Source: Octopus vulgaris
Lineage: Eukaryota
Assembly (NCBI GenBank): GCA_951406725.2
Contig: OX597816.1
Coordinates: forward strand, 116,498,001 to 116,562,000
DNA: 64,000 bases
Direction: 5' to 3'
The translations under genes and the position numbers were made by a program. The notes beneath the pieces were generated by a model, which worked only from the letters and a program-made list of their open reading frames with translations, searched no databases and was not told the DNA's origin. Within the stretch, counting starts at the first letter, position 1, and the number at the start of each line of letters is the position of its first letter. Shown here piece after piece: positions 58,211 through 64,000 of the stretch.

Positions 58211-58533
58211 TGTACACAAACTGCTTAAATTCGGTACCAAATATTTTTTTTATCTCAAAATATTTTTTTATCTTTGATATCGGATATCACCCAAAAGTTT
58301 TCTTTTCTTCTGTTTCTTCCATGATGTATTTATTTTCATTGTGCATGTCTTCCCTTGTTGTTGTTTTGCTTTATATTTCAATACTTTTTTCAGTCAAGTG
58401 TTTCATGTTTGATTCAATGTATCTTTATGTTTCTTTGTCTCTTCCTTACCTAGATCGATGGATGAATGGATCAATGGATCGATGGGTAGGTAAGCAAGCA
58501 AGTGGGTAATTAGGTAGACAAACAGCTTGACAT

Positions 58534-58589
<56 letters not shown>

Positions 58590-58611
58590 TCAGACAGACA
58601 GACAGATAGAC

Positions 58612-58685
<74 letters not shown>

Positions 58686-58719
58686 ACAGACAGACAGTCA
58701 GACAGACAGACAGATAGAC

Positions 58720-58788
<69 letters not shown>

Positions 58789-58873
58789 TACATGTGTAAA
58801 TGTGTGTACATAGATATTTCTCTATGTGTGCATGCATGTATGCAGGTATACATACATATATATATTATCACTA

Positions 58874-58904
<31 letters not shown>

Positions 58905-59054
58905 CATTATTATCATTATTATTATTATTATTATTATTATTGCATGTATATGTATATGTATATATACACACACATATATATACATATATATAAACATATA
59001 TATATATATATACACATATATGCATATATATATATACATATATACATATATCAG

Positions 59055-59099
<45 letters not shown>

Positions 59100-59864
59100 G
59101 TGAGTGAGTGAGTGAGTGAGTAAGTGACAGAAAAATATTGCTGTTTTTCTGTCTATGTCTTTCTTTAATTGTGCTAACCTGTTTAACACAACACCATAAG
59201 TCAATAAGCCACTGCTTACAATTTGGTTGTACAATAACATTGTATATTGATAAATTTAGAACCAAAATAATTAATAAGTACTGGAGTTAATGTAATCGAC
59301 TTAAAACTCTTAAAGATTATACTTCAGTATAACCACTGTCCAATGACTAAAACCAGTAGAAATATATACATATATATATATATATATATAGTGAAGTAAA
59401 CCTTATCTTAAATGTAAAATTAACCTCGAAAAATCTTCTACACTTTGTAAGTATATATCAAATTTTATATCAATAATGAACACTGAACATTGTCAAATAA
59501 TGTCACTTTGTGCTTTTCTGTATCATTTTTTTTTCTTTTTACCATTCATTTTCATTTCTTTTACACTTTCATGTTTATTCTTTAATTATTACTAAGACCA
59601 AAATAATCCTCAAAACAAAATAGCAAAACATTAAAATATTTACACATGGTTGAATTTACACAATGTTGAAACCTATTGCTAAAACCCATTAATATTCATA
59701 TGCATTTATCAAATAGGCCTATATCAAGAGTTTATACATTTATATAAATTTTCAATTTGATATTGCTACAGTTAGAAGTTTGGTATCTATTCAATGTACA
59801 TAAATGTAAATTATTCTTTTTAATCTCATTAATGGAAGATAATAATAATAATGATAATAATAAT

Positions 59865-59930
<66 letters not shown>

Positions 59931-60070
59931 TTTGACGACCATGATTTCTTTAATTGACACTTCGTCGAAAAAATCATTACAGCATTACAGGATATTACAA
60001 TATATTAGAATATATTTCTCTGTTATCTACATATATTATACAAATGGAGAAAAATAAATGAACATATATG

Positions 60071-60138
<68 letters not shown>

Positions 60139-60204
60139 TATATTTATACATATATATACATATATATATATAATATATATATCTATATATATAATATATA
60201 TATA

Positions 60205-60280
<76 letters not shown>

Positions 60281-62047
60281 ATAAAGAAGAAATATATATG
60301 GGTATCATTAAAAAATATTAAATAATTTTATCATTAATTTAATATTGTATACCATGTACTAAATTTTTGGAGATTGTTGAAAACATTCAAGATCAAAATG
60401 ATGGCAAATATGATGATTTACTCTCTGATCATATAAAGTACAATGATTATTTTATGAGGATATACAATTTACAATAATTACATTGCGATTAGTTAAAAAA
60501 ATGTTCAGTGTTATTTTGCTATTATATAAAATATCTTCTTTACATAATACAATTATTTGATGAAAAATTCAAATTAAAAAAATTGGAATTATTTTAATTA
60601 AATTACTGAAATATTCTTTTGAAACTTTTTGAGGAAATATCATCATGCTTCGTCAAACAGATTTATTTAAAATAAGTGATAATGTATCTAATGTAAAGAA
60701 ATAAATAGATAAATAAATTAATGTTTGACTGCATTTGAAGAAAAAAAAATAACTACATTTAGTCAATAGTGGTAGCATGGAGCACCAAATAATTGCATTT
60801 AGCCAAAGGTGATGTTCTTGTTTTTTAATCATCGATGTCAGAATTTAACCAATAAACACTTGTATTTTTTTTTAATGTAAATGTCTCAAAGAGCTGCAGG
60901 GTCTTTTAAGGTTTTGTGCCAAGTTCTAATTTCATGGCATGGTGCAAATAGTAAATGAGAGAATTATCTCCTCCTGGCTAGGTTACTTCTCTATTGAACA
61001 TAACATTCCCAGAAAATCATTTACTAAGTATTCCTGATGTTTGCATGAGTCTATAGATTAAATTATTAAAGATCCTTTTCAGATACACTGAAGCACTTAC
61101 ATTAGAACTGAACTTAAGACATATAAGGGAGTAGTCCCATTTACTACCCACTCAACCATTATACTTTAATCACCAGATATTATTTGCTTGACCTTTCATC
61201 ATTGAAATTATGTAGGTTAGCCTTATGGACTTGTGAAAGAAGGAATTGAATTATTTTAACATACCTTTTGCAGTGGTAATAGGTGAGCTATTAGGAATTG
61301 AAATGATAAGCTCTTAGGAATTGAAATCAGATTACAAACTTAGTTCAGTGGTTTGATTATTTGTTTCTTATAATGGCACCAATCAATAATCTACCGTATT
61401 TATCTAAATTCAAATACATGTAACTTTAAAATTGTTATTTAATCAAAATTTACAATTAGTGATCAATGATTAGATTTATTTACATTACATTTTGTTCAAA
61501 TTGACCTCTTTTAGTCACCAATTATTTCAAATAGCATAAGATGCTTACATTTAGCCAATAATGTATGTGTTTCATGAAAAGTAGTCACAAATTACAGCTT
61601 TCAGCTAAAACTAAATGGCTTTGATATAAACAAGATGAATGACTATTTAGCCAAAAGAAAATTGAGGAGAATGTCCTTAGCATTTGCAAGACTTCCCCAA
61701 CCTAAAATGTTTATATTTAACCAATCTATAAAAATATTTAGTTCATTTGACTCCATATGCTAAACCTTTAGCATTTAAACTGGCTATATCGCCCATATAT
61801 TCTACCTGTTTTGTGTTCAAACTGACCAGCTCAGGCCTCTCTCACCCAACCCACAATCCCACCAAATCTCAAATCTACAAGAAAATGCATTACTAATTAC
61901 AAACTGTGTAAATAAATAAGCATTACACTTGACAGAGTATTCTGAATGCTAAAGAGTTAAAGGTTGACAAAAACAGCCAGTAAAAATATAAGTTATTTAC
62001 CAAAAGAGGTTTCATCATTCTACAATAGAAGAGTATATATGTATATA

Positions 62048-62174
62048 CATGGTGATTCAAAAGTCACCATATATAGGAAAAATTTAATTCTTATAAGAAA
62101 CGGTTAAATAAAGAAACTGTTTCTTATAAAAAAAATATATTGTTCATATGTATGGTGACTTTTGAATCACCCTG
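62048..62174. mobile_element. 127-bp Tc1/mariner-type MITE
   Basis: TIRs catggtgattcaaaagtcaccata / tatggtgacttttgaatcaccctg; TA on both sides; palindromic interior. Confidence 0.88.
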
Positions 62175-62488
62175 TAGAATCTCATTCATATGAAAAACAG
62201 TATTTAGTGTTCAAATATTTCTATTTTTCCAATGTTTTTTTTATCATTTAAACATCATTTAAAACATTATTTGATATTAATGGCCATCATTGGCTGAAAG
62301 TATTCTTCCTCCAACACCTGATTTAACGCAACTACCTGGTCTTTAGTTGCCTGTGCTAGAGTTCACTCTGTTACTAACATTCAGACCAGGTTTCCATATT
62401 GAGGGTATCTTCCTTCCAGCAACTTTAGAGGCCCTAACAAAAGAGTGTGATGAGCACTGCCTTTCTTGCCATGATTTAGCTGTATAGT

Positions 62489-62640
62489 AAGGCGGCGAGC
62501 TGGCAGAAACGTTAGCACGCCAGTTGAAATGCTTAGCGGTATTTTGTCTGTCTTTACAATCTGAGTTCAAATTTCACTGAGGTCGACTTTGCCTTTCATC
62601 CTTTTGGGGTCGATAAATTAAGTACAAGTTGCATACTGAA
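62489..62640 (+). mobile_element. Main-family SINE
   Basis: Head, B box and core are intact. Confidence 0.85.
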
Positions 62641-62694
62641 ACCAGGAAACCAGCCCTTATGAACCAACATGACTCAAGAAGGTAACTTTGTTTT

Positions 62695-63086
62695 GTTGTG
62701 TCACAGCTGCACGCACATCTGCCATGTTTTTCTGAGTTAATCTGGTTGCGGGTCTCCCAGAACGTTCGTCAATATCGACATTTTTCAGCCATCTTGGAAA
62801 CGTCTGAACCACTCGTACACTTGTGTGCGGCTCATACACTCCACTCCATACACTTTCTGCAACTTTGCGCAGGCCTTTGAGCAGGTATCACCATGACAAT
62901 TTTTTATCATGGTCAATGCGACGATCACACGCTACACACCTTCCTTCTAAACACTGCTGTAAATAGCGGAAGTGAGCTGGGACGTTAAAACTTAGAGTGT
63001 CTGCACAGCAGAGTTCAAGGCTTTATTCTGCGTGCTTTAACCTCCTTACTATGGCAACAGTCCGGATACTTATTGATCAGACCTCG
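62695..63086 (-). mobile_element. Mariner 5' fragment
   Basis: TA plus TIR cgaggtctgatcaataagtatccgga; frame LQKVYGVECMSRTQVYEWFRRFQDG*KNVDIDERSGRP. Confidence 0.85.
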
Positions 63087-63098
63087 TATATATGTATA

Positions 63099-64000
63099 TC
63101 AGGTTATTAAGAATGAAATGTTCGTTTTTTTTATGCACCAAGTTTGACAATCATTACTTCTTATGTTTTATCCTGACAACTCTTTGTTTAACAACATTGA
63201 AGAGTTACATCATCACTTTTCGAAATGCAATTCATGGTGTCTGATTATATTGTGAGTTTTCTCTTGTAAATTAATTTTTGTGAACCCATGGATAGATAAA
63301 AAATCCGTGTTGTTTATGAATATAGGTTACGTCATGGAACTAATACATCCGAAACAGGTCGAAACATCAATGAGGTGTTTGGCGAATGAGCGCACTGTAC
63401 GATGATGGTTTGAGAAGTTCCAGTCTGGTAACTTTACTCATGAAAAGCAGCCCCGTGATAGACCTGAGACTAAGGTGGATAATGATGAGCTGGAAACTGT
63501 AGTGGAAGCGGATACATCTCAAACTACGCGTGAGTTAGCAGCAAGGTTTGATGTTTCGATTCCAACTGTATTGAAACAAATCAGAATATAAAGAAGCTGG
63601 ACAAGTGGGTACCACACGAACTGAACGAGCATCAAATGAAACGTCGTCTTTAAACTTGCTGTTCTTTGCTGTCACGGCATAAAAGCTAACCATTTTTGCA
63701 TCGTATTGTTATGTGTGTTGAAAAATGGATTCTTTTCAATAATAGCAAGCGTTCTGCATGATGGTTGGTTAGAAACGAAGTGCCAAAACACAATCCAAAA
63801 AGGAATATTCACCAAAAAAAGCTAATGATGTCTGTTTGGTGGTCCAGTGCTGGTGTCATCCACTATAGCTTCATGAGACCTGGTAAGTCAATTACAGCGG
63901 ATGTATACATCAACCAAATGGATGAAATGATGAGTGAACTTGCAATTGAACAACCGAGATTGGTCAATACAGACAGGCCAATTCTCTTGCATAAACGACG
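63099..64000 (+). mobile_element. Degraded mariner element of a different subfamily, running off the window
   Basis: Broken frames from ATG 63288: KWVPHEL, FLHRIVMCVEKWI, IHQKKLMMSVWWSSAGVIHY and RPILLH. Confidence 0.9.

Overview
AT-rich, microsatellite-saturated eukaryotic intergenic or intronic DNA. The SINE families and repeat landscape suggest a cephalopod (Octopus-like), which is an inference. No host gene is confidently identifiable, and most ORF-track entries are microsatellite artefacts. The main contents are: (1) an ~8 kb head-to-tail train of R4/Dong-type non-LTR retrotransposons (RT plus restriction-like endonuclease) from four families, together with a non-coding passenger element, all inside (TAA)n tracts (28.5-36.3 kb); (2) a full-length mariner one base short of an intact transposase, several mariner relics, a Tc1/mariner MITE and a Merlin-type MITE with an 8-bp TSD and telomere-like internal palindrome; (3) Tx1/L1-type, RTE-like and Gypsy relics; (4) many tRNA-derived SINEs, one tail type sharing its 3' end with the Tx1 LINE; (5) a dispersed set of about 7-9 minimal type I hammerhead-ribozyme motifs (Penelope pLTR/retrozyme-like), several with non-canonical cores and mostly beside (TA)n tracts; (6) a perfect 58-bp palindrome and a TTCCTGGAA motif cluster. 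All alignments and folds were done by eye, so boundaries are approximate where stated.
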